A stretch of 64,000 bases of DNA, from the IMG/VR virus record IMGVR_UViG_3300030380_003294. One strand, 5' to 3'. The notes beneath the pieces were generated by a model. That model ran no database searches. It was not told the origin of the DNA and saw nothing but the letters and a program-made list of their open reading frames with translations. Position numbers and translations under genes: made by a program. This DNA comes from a virus. Positions 46,473 to 55,818 of the stretch are shown piece after piece (the stretch's first letter is position 1; every line of letters starts with the position of its first letter).

Positions 46473-48796
46473 TATAAGCGTCTAGAAGTTACAGAAGAGA
46501 TAGATGAGGTTCCACCACCGCCTTTATTTATTGGCACTGCAGTAGGAATAGGAACTAAGGTTTGCATGATGATTGGAACTGGCAGCATTTCATCTGCTGA
46601 TTCTTTTATTGCTATGTCTTGTGACAAACCACCACTGATAAACACTGCTTGAATTTGATTCTCAACCTTCTGAATTATTGGTTGTATCTTATGCTCAGGT
46701 GTAGCAATGTGAGGTTTTATGGTTTTAACAATTCCATTCATGGTCTTGCTAAAGTTGGGCATTCCTGTCATAGGAACAATACCACCTTCTGCTCTCATAG
46801 GAACAAGACCACCTTCTGCCTTCTCTTCCAAACGAGAACCTTGACCTTCATAACTCTCATTCTTCATGCCCTCAATCAAACCTTTATTACCTGTGACAGC
46901 ACCAACAATAGTTCCAAAACTAGGAAGCATATCAGCGTATACCTTATCAATGACTGGTTTGATCTTATTAAGACCTGGAATTTTATTAACAAACTTCTCT
47001 TCAGCAGTTTGCATTTCTGGAATGAGATCACGAAGGAACATGTAACCATCAATGAAATATCCTGCTGCAACAGCACCTGCACCTAGAGGTGCTCCTGCAC
47101 CAAGAGTTCCTGCTGTACCAAGATAACCTGCTAATTCTAATCCACCTGATGCACCTTCTAACATAGCACCAATAGTATCACCTTTTGAAAGTCTGTCATA
47201 AGCAAATAAGAAGTTTACAATAGAACCTACAAGTGGTAAGAATGACATTGCTCTCTTACCTAATATCTTACCTGCTTTAGGAATAGCTCCAATACCACCA
47301 TCAATACCTATTGACTTCAATACTTTTGGTGCCTTATCCATTCCTGGAATTTTCATAATTATATTCTTGGCACCATCTACCATAGGTGTCACGATTTTTG
47401 TTATATTCTCGATAAGAGGTTTAAACTTCGCCATCAACCTATCAAGGACTTCTTTCTTTAACTTCGCACTTAAATTAGAGAGTCCGTCTGCTGCCCAACT
47501 ATAAGCACCTTTGATTTTACTGGCACCAAAATCAAGAGCATTCTTACTTGCCTTTGATACTGAATCATATGCTTTAACTGCTTTAGATGGAAGACTTTTG
47601 AGAGCATCTAGAATTGAAGGACCTGCTTTCTTTGACGCAAGAGACCAACCCGTCTCAATCAGATTCGCAAGTTGCTTTCCTCTTTTGTTTATTTCTTCCA
47701 GTCCTGCTGTACCAAGTTTTTTTCCTGTATCTACAAGATTGTCAAATCCTCTTTGGAAGATGTTTTTGCCTTTTGATGCTGATTTTACGTCATCTGCTTT
47801 ATTAGCAAGATCACCCGCAACCTCAGTTACCGCTGTTAATTTTTTTATCTGACGATTATATGCTTTAGTTGCTTGAACTAGATTACCAGGTTCGGGTTTA
47901 GTATTTTTTAAAGCATTCTGAAAAATCCTTAAACCATCCTCACCAGTTTCTGCTAATATCTTCTTTGCCTTTTTACCTGCTGCCTCACCAAATTCATCGG
48001 TGACATTCTTAAGAATGTTTTTTGCCTTTTTACCTTTCTGTAATGCTTTCCTTGCATCATTAACACTATCAATAGTATCTGCTGTTTCTTCTGCCTGTCT
48101 TCCTAAATTAAGTAGGCCACCTACAGCATCGATTGCCATTAGGATTCCAGTTATACCAGTGATGGCACCAATAACTGTTCCTAATCCTTTAAGTCTATCT
48201 CCAATAGTTTTTTCTTTACCAAACAAATTATCAACGGTGGTCATTATCGCACCAGTGATCTTTGAAGCAAACTCAAATAATTTATTGAATACAAATCCAG
48301 TCTTTTCAATAAAGACTTTTACTTTCTCTGTGTTTTCTGGATCTTTTAGGTAAACTAGTAGATTTAAGAAGAGTGCTGTACCTGCAACCTTCGCTAGAAG
48401 ACCTGCAATAGGTGCCATGAATCCTCCTAGGAATCCAAAGAACCCATTCTTAGATTTTAAGAGACCACCTAATAATCCTTTCTTAGGTTTCTTCTTGATC
48501 TCTTTATCAAACTCTTTATCCGTCTTACCCTGTTCAATTCTCTTGCCTTCTTGTGCTTCCTCTGCAGCATTATCCCGTTCTCTTTGCAACCTTCTACGTT
48601 GCTGTTTCTCTATCTCAGTTTCAGTTCTTTTGAACGCATTATTAATCTTAGCAAGATCATTTAAACCATCTGCCATACTGCTAACCGTGTTACCAACACG
48701 ATTAATAGCAAATAATTGTGAACGTGCAGCAATAGCAGCAGGGTTTTTTATACCTGCTGGTGGTGAAACCAGTTTGTATGCTACAACTTTTGCCAC
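46472..48796 (-). CDS. Tape-measure-like protein (GTG start)
   Basis: 774 aa, Ala/Gly/Lys-rich helical with hydrophobic stretches; follows gp26/gp51. Confidence 0.65.
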   Translation of the reverse strand: MAKVVAYKLVSPPAGIKNPAAIAARSQLFAINRVGNTVSSMADGLNDLAKINNAFKRTETEIEKQQRRRLQRERDNAAEEAQEGKRIEQGKTDKEFDKEIKKKPKKGLLGGLLKSKNGFFGFLGGFMAPIAGLLAKVAGTALFLNLLVYLKDPENTEKVKVFIEKTGFVFNKLFEFASKITGAIMTTVDNLFGKEKTIGDRLKGLGTVIGAITGITGILMAIDAVGGLLNLGRQAEETADTIDSVNDARKALQKGKKAKNILKNVTDEFGEAAGKKAKKILAETGEDGLRIFQNALKNTKPEPGNLVQATKAYNRQIKKLTAVTEVAGDLANKADDVKSASKGKNIFQRGFDNLVDTGKKLGTAGLEEINKRGKQLANLIETGWSLASKKAGPSILDALKSLPSKAVKAYDSVSKASKNALDFGASKIKGAYSWAADGLSNLSAKLKKEVLDRLMAKFKPLIENITKIVTPMVDGAKNIIMKIPGMDKAPKVLKSIGIDGGIGAIPKAGKILGKRAMSFLPLVGSIVNFLFAYDRLSKGDTIGAMLEGASGGLELAGYLGTAGTLGAGAPLGAGAVAAGYFIDGYMFLRDLIPEMQTAEEKFVNKIPGLNKIKPVIDKVYADMLPSFGTIVGAVTGNKGLIEGMKNESYEGQGSRLEEKAEGGLVPMRAEGGIVPMTGMPNFSKTMNGIVKTIKPHIATPEHKIQPIIQKVENQIQAVFISGGLSQDIAIKESADEMLPVPIIMQTLVPIPTAVPINKGGGGTSSISSVTSRRL

Positions 48797-48798
48797 TG

Positions 48799-48981
48799 CT
48801 ATTGTTTCTCCTTCATTCTACGTTCTTCCTCTTTGAGGTGTTGTACTAACATGTCAACATAGATTTCTTTCTCCCATGGCATGAGGTTATCTATGTGTTC
48901 GATGTTCCACTTGTGGTGGTGCATCAACGCAAAGTTACCCTCATAATATGCCTGTAGAGATGTGTGAAGTAGGGCTACCCG
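48799..48981 (-). CDS. gp51: Baseplate hub assembly protein gp51-like frame (no ATG at the expected start)
   Basis: Manual translation RVALLHTSLQAYYEGNFALMHHHKWNIEHIDNLMPWEKEIYVDMLVQHLKEEERRMKEKQ; first ATG only at 48924. Confidence 0.8.
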   Translation of the reverse strand, partial: RVALLHTSLQAYYEGNFALMHHHKWNIEHIDNLMPWEKEIYVDMLVQHLKEEERRMKEKQ

Positions 48982-49685
48982 AAAAAACTTGCTAGTCCTT
49001 CGAGTGTTACATCACTTTCTACTTTAGTGTTGGGATTAGTTACCTTAACTGTGTGAGCAAGTTTTGGCATAGTGTCAAAAAACTCTTGCACTTTTGCAAA
49101 CTGTGCACTATTCATATCATCAAAGAATGCAAGGACCTCATCTTGAGGTACATCTTTACAGTCATAGACCTGATTAGGATCTTGAATAGTTTTTACACAT
49201 GCTGCTGCCATCTTAAAGACTTCTTCTACACCGATGTTTTGATCAGTGAAGTTCAGTGTCACAAACATATCCAAACTTGGATATCCCATTTCGATAGCAC
49301 ATTCATCAGTTAACTGAATGCTTGACTTGTGCCCCTTTGTTTTCTTGACCTTGATTTGATCAAGAGGGATCGAGACCTTTGCAGTGGTCTCTCCATCATC
49401 AGGACAGGTGACAACTACATCAACTTCTTCACCGACAGATTTAGTTCTAATCTGTAAGAAAAGATATTCAATATCAAAGGTTGCCAAATTGTCTACAGAA
49501 TCTAGGTCTGTGCAATTTGTAATGATGTCTTTGATTGCATCGATGATGTTTGATTGATCACCAGTTTCAGTTGCGACTAATAGTAACTTTTCTTCTTTAA
49601 CAAGAAATGGTCTATAGTTCACAGTTCTACCATCAGAAGGTAGTTTCAGTTTGTACTTAGGGGTATTTAACTTAGGTAATGCCAT
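48975..49685 (-). CDS. gp26: Baseplate hub assembly protein gp26
   Basis: MALPKL..P.Y, YRPFLVKEEKLLL, FDIEYLFLQIR.KSVGE and LEGLASFF motifs. Confidence 0.9.
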   Translation of the reverse strand: MALPKLNTPKYKLKLPSDGRTVNYRPFLVKEEKLLLVATETGDQSNIIDAIKDIITNCTDLDSVDNLATFDIEYLFLQIRTKSVGEEVDVVVTCPDDGETTAKVSIPLDQIKVKKTKGHKSSIQLTDECAIEMGYPSLDMFVTLNFTDQNIGVEEVFKMAAACVKTIQDPNQVYDCKDVPQDEVLAFFDDMNSAQFAKVQEFFDTMPKLAHTVKVTNPNTKVESDVTLEGLASFFG

Positions 49686-49711
49686 AAGGTAATATTCACT
49701 TCATGTTTTAT

Positions 49712-50551
49712 TTAGCTAAGGAACGAACCTGCATATTCTTTTAGTCCACTTAATGCATTATATGTCATTCCTCCTGCCTTAACGAAGAACTTTTGTGATT
49801 TATTAAAGAAATTACCAATATGCTGAGTAAAGTTCCTTTCAGATCTATCATCTGTAGTTCCTCCTGATGTGTCAGGAACAGTAATTTGCTTTCTTAATCC
49901 AGGATCTGAAAATGCTTCTGCAGCATGGAATCTATATCTCTCGTAGTAAAATCCCATACTCAAAGTCATGATTCCATTCTGTTCATTATTCAACTGAATA
50001 CTACCAATGTTGTACGGGAATACGTTAAACATCTCCCAACAACCCGTCAATACGTTGATATTACTTTGTGACTCCCACTTATAAACTCTCACTACTGGAG
50101 ACACATACTGTTGATAGAAGTCTACCATCTGGTTAGAGTCTCTACTTATTCTGTTCACCCATGTTTCAAAAATTGCTCTTGTCTGTTGAGATGAGGGAAT
50201 GATAAACTCAACCTGCATCTGACTAAATGATTGGTTGGTTGCGTATCTTACTGACGCACCTGGAGGTTGGAACTGACCAGTAGTAATCTGTCTACTAGGC
50301 AAACTCACACTTTTTGCAAAGTAATCTAGTAAATCAGCAACACCTCTACTTTCCAAGGTAGTTTTATCTGTAGTGGACTGACCACCAACATTTTGACCAA
50401 GTAAGATAGGAGGAGAAGCAAAACTAATCGTCCACTTATTAAGAGTCGCAGGACGTTTTGTCTCGTCCTTGATCATAGTAGATAAGAACGAACCAACACC
50501 ACCACCAGTTTTGGCGATCTGTCTTGCTTGATCTGAATTTGGAATTGCCAT
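49712..50551 (-). CDS. Tail tube initiator-like protein (gp54/gp19 fold)
   Basis: SVSLPSR..TT, FETWVN, NVFPYNIGSIQL...F.Y tube-fold motifs. Confidence 0.7.
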   Translation of the reverse strand: MAIPNSDQARQIAKTGGGVGSFLSTMIKDETKRPATLNKWTISFASPPILLGQNVGGQSTTDKTTLESRGVADLLDYFAKSVSLPSRQITTGQFQPPGASVRYATNQSFSQMQVEFIIPSSQQTRAIFETWVNRISRDSNQMVDFYQQYVSPVVRVYKWESQSNINVLTGCWEMFNVFPYNIGSIQLNNEQNGIMTLSMGFYYERYRFHAAEAFSDPGLRKQITVPDTSGGTTDDRSERNFTQHIGNFFNKSQKFFVKAGGMTYNALSGLKEYAGSFLS

Positions 50552-50970
50552 TAGATTTTAAGTTCTTTCTCTGTGATTAACATAAACTCCCACGAGTTAT
50601 CTTTACAGAACTCGGTTGCTGCTTTCCACTTTGCCTGATTTACAGCGTAAGTGACGACCTCATTTATGTATCGTTTAGTATGTCGTTTTTGAGTTTTAGG
50701 TTCAAGAGTTTGTTTGAATGGTTTGACTTCAACCAAATACTTTTTATTCTTGACCTTTACATAAAAGTCAGGGAAATATCTATGTTTTCTACCATCAACA
50801 GGAGAAACATAAGGTATAATAATCTCTTCACTACCCCATTCCTGTACAGAAGGAGTTACATCACACCACTTCATAAACTTATACTCCCAAGATGACCTAT
50901 AAATAACATTATTAGGATCACCTTTGTACTTTCTAGGGAAACTTGGTCGGTATTTACCCTGATACCTCAT
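50551..50970 (-). CDS. gp4: Head completion nuclease gp4
   Basis: KYKGDPNNVIYRSSWE..FMKWCD, HRYFPDFY, EVKP and NQAKWKAA motifs. Confidence 0.93.
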   Translation of the reverse strand: MRYQGKYRPSFPRKYKGDPNNVIYRSSWEYKFMKWCDVTPSVQEWGSEEIIIPYVSPVDGRKHRYFPDFYVKVKNKKYLVEVKPFKQTLEPKTQKRHTKRYINEVVTYAVNQAKWKAATEFCKDNSWEFMLITEKELKI

Positions 50971-51008
50971 AAATATACTATGTGTACGCTTTTATTTAGG
51001 TAGGAATC

Positions 51009-52073
51009 TTGGCAGAGAAACAAGAGAAAACTGTATTACGATATCCTCTAGAGCCTGTAGTGCCAGAATCTGATAAGGAATCATTTCCTACAGAGGCGGT
51101 TGACTATGTAATGTTTCAAAGAAAGAGAATCAATTATAACGATGGTGGTAAAGGTTACAAAGGGTTAAATACGTTAAAAACTAACGCACAAGGTCTTCCT
51201 TCAAGTGATGTAAACTTTAAACCTAATAAGACTAGAGTATATTTAGCGATGCCTAAGCAGATCTCAACTGCTTATAGTGCAAGTTACTCTAAAGTTGATA
51301 TGGGTGTCGCAGGTGTTATAGCATCTACGATGATTGGTGATGCAGCAGGTGGATCAATGACTGTAGATTCTGCAGCAGAGAATGTTCAGAACTTTGCTTC
51401 AGCAGGATTACCTCAAGCAACAGGTAACGTATTAGCAGGGATAACAGGTAGTCTCAACCAATTAATTGGTGGAGGAGGTAATGTAACAGCAGCAGATCTT
51501 TTGGCAGTTGGTCAGGGTAGAGTATTCAATCCCTTTGCCGAACAGATCTTCAAAGAAATGCAGTTTAGAACTCACACTTTCCAGTTCAAGTTGTTCTCTC
51601 GTTCAATGCAAGAAGCAAAAGAGAACTTCAATATTATTAGATACCTAAAAACAGGTGCTGCACCTATTGTGCAATCAGTAGATGACGAGGCAGTGTTGGG
51701 AATCTTTGGTTCAGAGAAAGAAGGAGGAGTTGGCGCAGACGAAACTGAGGTTGGTAATTTTAAAGAAGCAGCAGATGCAAACGCAAGCGTGCTTCAAGGA
51801 GCAAGATTTTTTGAAGTCCCTGACAAGTATGATATTAAGTTTGTTAGATATAATCCCGCAGATGAAACACTAGGTGAAGATGGTGGTTTACATTTTAGAA
51901 TTCATACCTCAGTATGTACTAACATTTCTGTAAACTATACACCTGATGGACAGTATTCGTCATTCCAAACTACAGGTAATGGTGCTGTAGCAGTACCTGC
52001 CATTGCACTCAGTATGAGTTTTACTGAGACCAGTCTTGTTACTCAAAAACATATCTTCGGTGGAGGTTTCTAA
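51009..52073 (+). CDS. gp48: Baseplate tail-tube cap gp48
   Basis: LRYP, VYLAMP, NPFAEQIF...FRTHTFQFKL, VNYTPDG and LSMSFTE motifs. Confidence 0.85.
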   Translation: MAEKQEKTVLRYPLEPVVPESDKESFPTEAVDYVMFQRKRINYNDGGKGYKGLNTLKTNAQGLPSSDVNFKPNKTRVYLAMPKQISTAYSASYSKVDMGVAGVIASTMIGDAAGGSMTVDSAAENVQNFASAGLPQATGNVLAGITGSLNQLIGGGGNVTAADLLAVGQGRVFNPFAEQIFKEMQFRTHTFQFKLFSRSMQEAKENFNIIRYLKTGAAPIVQSVDDEAVLGIFGSEKEGGVGADETEVGNFKEAADANASVLQGARFFEVPDKYDIKFVRYNPADETLGEDGGLHFRIHTSVCTNISVNYTPDGQYSSFQTTGNGAVAVPAIALSMSFTETSLVTQKHIFGGGF

Positions 52074-53086
52074 TGTCTTACTTTTCTTATTTCCCTAATG
52101 TATATGTCGGAGAAGGCATTACCAATGATCAAAACTATCGATATCGTTTAGTTACAAATCTATTCAGACGAGTCAAGGTAAGAGAAGATCTTAATAAGTT
52201 TGTAACTCAATTTGAAGCATACTCTATTAAACCAGGTGAAACTCCATCATCTTTGGCACTAAGATTCTTGGGAGATGAGTTCTTAGATTGGGTTATACTC
52301 TTATGTAATAACGTTACAGACTTCTATGAGCAATGGCCAAAGACTGACTATGACTTACAAAAGTATGTGAATACTGTATATTCAGATCCAGATGCTGTTA
52401 ATCATTATGAAACTCAAGAAGCAATAGATGGAACAACAGTCGTAACAAGGAAAGGTATTGAAGTTTTAGATAGTTATAGAACTGTCATGCCAGATGGAAC
52501 GGTTCTTTCTGCAGAGCAATCAAGATTTCCTGTATCAAACTATGAACACGAAGTCTTTAAGAATGAAGTAAAAAGACAAATTGTAATGCCAACTAGAGGT
52601 TTAGCAGACTTAATGGTTGATGAGTTTGAAGATCTCATTGCATATGATCCTCATCCAGAACTAGATGATGTAAACAATAAGAAAACCCCACTGAGTATCT
52701 CAGCAAGGTTCATTGATATTGCGGGTTATGTTACTGCTAGTGTGTCTAGACAGTCAGCAGCAACTAGCACAACTACATTTGACTATGGTCCCTCTGGTTC
52801 TAACACTACATCAGGAAGCGTAGGAGTTGCAACTAGCACATCTACTGATGCTACAACTACAACAACTAGCACAGGTGCAAGTAGCAGCACCTCTAGTAGT
52901 ACATCTAGCAGCACATACAACAGCGGAACAAGTTCTTCATCTTCGAGCAGCAGTTCTTCCTCTTCAAGTTCTAGTTCTTCTAGCAGCAGTAGTAGTGGTA
53001 GCAGTTCTTCTTCTGGATCCTCAGGTTCTTCTGGATCCTCAGGTTCTTCTGGATCCTCAGGTGGAGGTTACGGAGGAGGATATTAA
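52073..53086 (+). CDS. gp53: Baseplate wedge gp53 with a long Ser/Thr/Gly tail
   Basis: MSYFSYFPN, YSIKPGETP, LDWVILLCNN..D.YEQWP and HYET motifs. Confidence 0.88.
   Translation: MSYFSYFPNVYVGEGITNDQNYRYRLVTNLFRRVKVREDLNKFVTQFEAYSIKPGETPSSLALRFLGDEFLDWVILLCNNVTDFYEQWPKTDYDLQKYVNTVYSDPDAVNHYETQEAIDGTTVVTRKGIEVLDSYRTVMPDGTVLSAEQSRFPVSNYEHEVFKNEVKRQIVMPTRGLADLMVDEFEDLIAYDPHPELDDVNNKKTPLSISARFIDIAGYVTASVSRQSAATSTTTFDYGPSGSNTTSGSVGVATSTSTDATTTTTSTGASSSTSSSTSSSTYNSGTSSSSSSSSSSSSSSSSSSSSSSGSSSSSGSSGSSGSSGSSGSSGGGYGGGY
53009..53062 (+). repeat. Three perfect copies of an 18-bp tandem repeat (SSGSSG)
   Basis: tcttctggatcctcaggt x3 within the gp53 tail. Confidence 0.9.
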
Positions 53087-53424
53087 TACCAATCCGATCT
53101 ATCACATCCCCATCGCTTAACTTCTGTTGAGTGAAAACGATCCTGCATGTATCGTATGACTGCTTTGTAGTCTGTGTTTGGATTACATGAGAATAGATCA
53201 CACCTAGCAACGTTATCTTCAGGCCATGTGTGTATGCTTATATGACTCTCTGCAAGTAATGCATAACCAGTAACACCCTGAGGTTGAAACTTATGGGTGT
53301 CAACTTTCAATAGTTCTAACTTACCAATCTCTGCTGCTTCTATCAAAGTTTCTTTGATGTACTCTTCATCATCCAATGTAAGAGTGAATAAGCATCCTTT
53401 TAAGTCGAATAAGACGTGTTTCAT
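53083..53424 (-). CDS. speD: S-adenosylmethionine decarboxylase-family pyruvoyl proenzyme
   Basis: HKFQPQGVTGYALLAESHISIHTWPE...DLFSC. Confidence 0.92.
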   Translation of the reverse strand: MKHVLFDLKGCLFTLTLDDEEYIKETLIEAAEIGKLELLKVDTHKFQPQGVTGYALLAESHISIHTWPEDNVARCDLFSCNPNTDYKAVIRYMQDRFHSTEVKRWGCDRSDWY

Positions 53425-53666
53425 AGGATTTCATCCATAATAAATTTCTTTGTTAATACTGGTTTACCGAATAGATCTAGTTGTAATCCGTCTGCATCTA
53501 CAAATCGGTCGTCTTCTTCGTTCTTTCTATGATGTTGCCAGTAATAACTTCCATCTTCTCTACGATATAACCAACTAGTGTCGTGTGAAGTGATGGGGAA
53601 GCATGCAATACACGTTTGCTTGTGTTGCCAACAGGGATCGATTGCTCGTTTTTCATACTCAGTCAT
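53421..53666 (-). CDS. Hypothetical protein
   Basis: 81-aa ORF with ATGA overlap. Confidence 0.6.
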   Translation of the reverse strand: MTEYEKRAIDPCWQHKQTCIACFPITSHDTSWLYRREDGSYYWQHHRKNEEDDRFVDADGLQLDLFGKPVLTKKFIMDEIL

Positions 53667-53789
53667 CCGTATAGATTCGCATTATAATGCTTTCTAGGAG
53701 GCACATAGGTTACATTTGGTACTACTTTAACCTTCAAATAGATTCTCAGTAGTTGTTCAGAGGAGAGCATAAAAAAAACTTAAGGGGTC

Positions 53790-53812
53790 AAAATTTTGGC
53801 GGGATTTTTTTG
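53790..53812. repeat. 23-bp intergenic A/T-tract element (copy 2)
   Basis: Identical to 41548-41570. Confidence 0.85.
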
Positions 53813-53834
53813 GGGGGTCTGGGGAAATAAAAAG

Positions 53835-54089
53835 TCATTTTCGGATTACGACGACATCCCCTTCGTCATCATCGTCATCTTCTTCATCATCATCTACAAA
53901 TCCTCTGAAGACTAGCAACTCTTCTCCACTCTGGACGTCTGACATCTCAGGGTGTACGTTTCTAGTTCTCTTTATAGGTTTATCCATCTCTTCAATCACT
54001 GAAGTCATACTTTTAAAAGTAAAAGCAAAAGTAGCACCACAAAGTGCTACAAAGAAAATAAGATAGATAAACACCATAAAGTCATTCAT
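53835..54089 (-). CDS. Small membrane protein (DUF2973-like)
   Basis: N-terminal transmembrane helix, HPEM..V..GEELLVF motif, acidic tail. Confidence 0.65.
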   Translation of the reverse strand: MNDFMVFIYLIFFVALCGATFAFTFKSMTSVIEEMDKPIKRTRNVHPEMSDVQSGEELLVFRGFVDDDEEDDDDDEGDVVVIRK

Positions 54090-54409
54090 CGCTGCAGAAG
54101 TTTTTGTATTGGAACCTGTTTAATTAAATCTAGTTTATCTATGATATCGTTCTCGATCCTGTCAACAATGTTAACATCGATGTCCATGAACGGTGGGATG
54201 ATTCCTAAGATGCGAAGAAGTCCATCCAGAAACAATGCCAAGGTTGTGAACCCTAGAATCATAGAGATGACTGTAGCATCTCTATTATGTTTCCGCATGG
54301 ACTCTTCGTCAATTCTTCGTGCCTCATCTACTGCTTCCTTAATGAGTTTGTCAACTTCATCTTTAGTGTAGCAGTGCTCTGCTTTAATATCAGAGAATCG
54401 ATGTGGCAT
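54086..54409 (-). CDS. Hypothetical membrane protein
   Basis: KHNRDATVISMILGFTTLALFLDGLLRILGIIPPFM; start reassigned to MPHRF. Confidence 0.7.
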   Translation of the reverse strand: MPHRFSDIKAEHCYTKDEVDKLIKEAVDEARRIDEESMRKHNRDATVISMILGFTTLALFLDGLLRILGIIPPFMDIDVNIVDRIENDIIDKLDLIKQVPIQKLLQR

Positions 54410-54413
54410 TGAA

Positions 54414-54815
54414 TTAACCTCCGTCAATTTGGCAACCTGCCATTGCACCTCCGACTATACCGAGGGGAATGGACCAGATATAAGCATCGTTTTCGGAGAT
54501 TGCTGCTGCTCCTGCGCCACCTAGTAACGCTCCAATCGCTGTACCTTCCCGACAATCATTAGTGTCAGGTTCGATGTGAGAGTCATCAAAGTATCTTCGA
54601 CGTCCTCTACATGGAATTTGTACATCATAAGAATCGTACTCAATCCAACCCCTGCTGTAGGGGTTTCCATTAGAACCAGGGGGATGATAGATCTCCTTGG
54701 TTACTGTTTTAGTACAAACCTCATCACGATAGTAATGTCTGTAACGAGGACCCCCTGCCTGAGCAGGGAGGGTCAACGATGATGCCATTAAGATGGCAGC
54801 AAGAGTGAATTTCAT
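54414..54815 (-). CDS. Secreted glycine-zipper 2TM protein
   Basis: Signal peptide; C.EGTAIGALLGG...W.IPLGIVGGAMAGC. Confidence 0.75.
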   Translation of the reverse strand: MKFTLAAILMASSLTLPAQAGGPRYRHYYRDEVCTKTVTKEIYHPPGSNGNPYSRGWIEYDSYDVQIPCRGRRRYFDDSHIEPDTNDCREGTAIGALLGGAGAAAISENDAYIWSIPLGIVGGAMAGCQIDGG

Positions 54816-55738
54816 TCTTCTTCAGCGAGTTTAGAGAAGTAAGACAGAGCATCTTCTTCAGTATCTACAGGTGAGGAAGCAACTGCTTTCTCACGGAAGT
54901 CATTGACTTCTGCACCCCAGTTGTTAGAAGTTGGAGTAGGAAGAACCTCCTCTTCACTCTCATCAACAGGACGTGGTGCTGCATTCAACTGTAACACAAG
55001 GTTCAAACGTTCCTTGAGTTTTTCATAAGTCTTAAAGTTCTTGGGTGCTTCAAAGTCAGCAAGTGAATATGCTTGCTTCCAAAGAGACTCAAGTTTCTTG
55101 TCGTCATCAAGAAGGGGACCAGGTGCTGCGAACTCTGACTTGTCATAGTTCCAGTAACCATCGACCTTACGAATCTTCAACTTGAAGTTCGCTCCTTCCC
55201 AGAAGTTAAAAGGATCAAGAGGTTGCTCGTCTGCAAATGCAGGTTGCATTGCTTCAACAAGTTTGTCAAAAATCTTCTTACCATACTTATACAAGAAAAC
55301 CCTGCCCTCATTCTCAGGATGAGCAGGATCACTCACAACATAGATGTTGCTGTAGTATGAAAGTTTACGCTTTTGTGCTCGTGCCTGTGCACGTTGTGGA
55401 GATCCTTCTCCACCTGCGTTCCAAAGTTCTGTATTATACTCAGAGACAGGATCTTGCTTACCAAGAGTAGTCAAAGAGTTTTCGATGTACCACTGCCCAC
55501 CAGGACCTTTGAATGCGTGACTCCACACTTTTGCAAATGGAATATCTTCGCCATCAGGTGCAGGTAGGAATCGGATAACTGCGTAACCGTTACCTGATTT
55601 GTCCAGTTCTGGTTTCCAAAGACGGTCATCTACATTAGATGAACCTGCTTGGGGTTGATTGAGTTTCTCAATCTCTTGTGTCAGTTTTGCCAAGGTATTG
55701 CCAGTAGCAGATGCCTTTTTAAGTGATGCAAATGACAT
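54812..55738 (-). CDS. gp32: Single-stranded DNA-binding protein gp32
   Basis: GNGYAVIRFLPA, WYIENSLTT, YGKKIFDK, GANFKLK, NYDKSEF motifs; acidic tail ending YFSKLAEE. Confidence 0.97.
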   Translation of the reverse strand: MSFASLKKASATGNTLAKLTQEIEKLNQPQAGSSNVDDRLWKPELDKSGNGYAVIRFLPAPDGEDIPFAKVWSHAFKGPGGQWYIENSLTTLGKQDPVSEYNTELWNAGGEGSPQRAQARAQKRKLSYYSNIYVVSDPAHPENEGRVFLYKYGKKIFDKLVEAMQPAFADEQPLDPFNFWEGANFKLKIRKVDGYWNYDKSEFAAPGPLLDDDKKLESLWKQAYSLADFEAPKNFKTYEKLKERLNLVLQLNAAPRPVDESEEEVLPTPTSNNWGAEVNDFREKAVASSPVDTEEDALSYFSKLAEEE

Positions 55739-55789
55739 AGTTTGTATTCTCCGTATTAGTTGGATTGATTGGGTGTTTACTACTTGATT

Positions 55790-55818
55790 ATCGTAGCATA
55801 CTATTTATGCGTTGTCAA
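55790..55818 (-). promoter_or_regulatory. Overlapping sigma70 (TTGACA-17-TACGAT) and late (CATAAATA) promoters for gp32
   Basis: Both elements present; they overlap the HNH stop codon. Confidence 0.6.

Noticed and set aside
48799-48981. gp51 as a pseudogene or sequencing error
   Set aside because: The frame is intact to its stop and begins exactly at a slippery heptamer in the -1 register, so recoding is more economical; a read-level check is still advisable.
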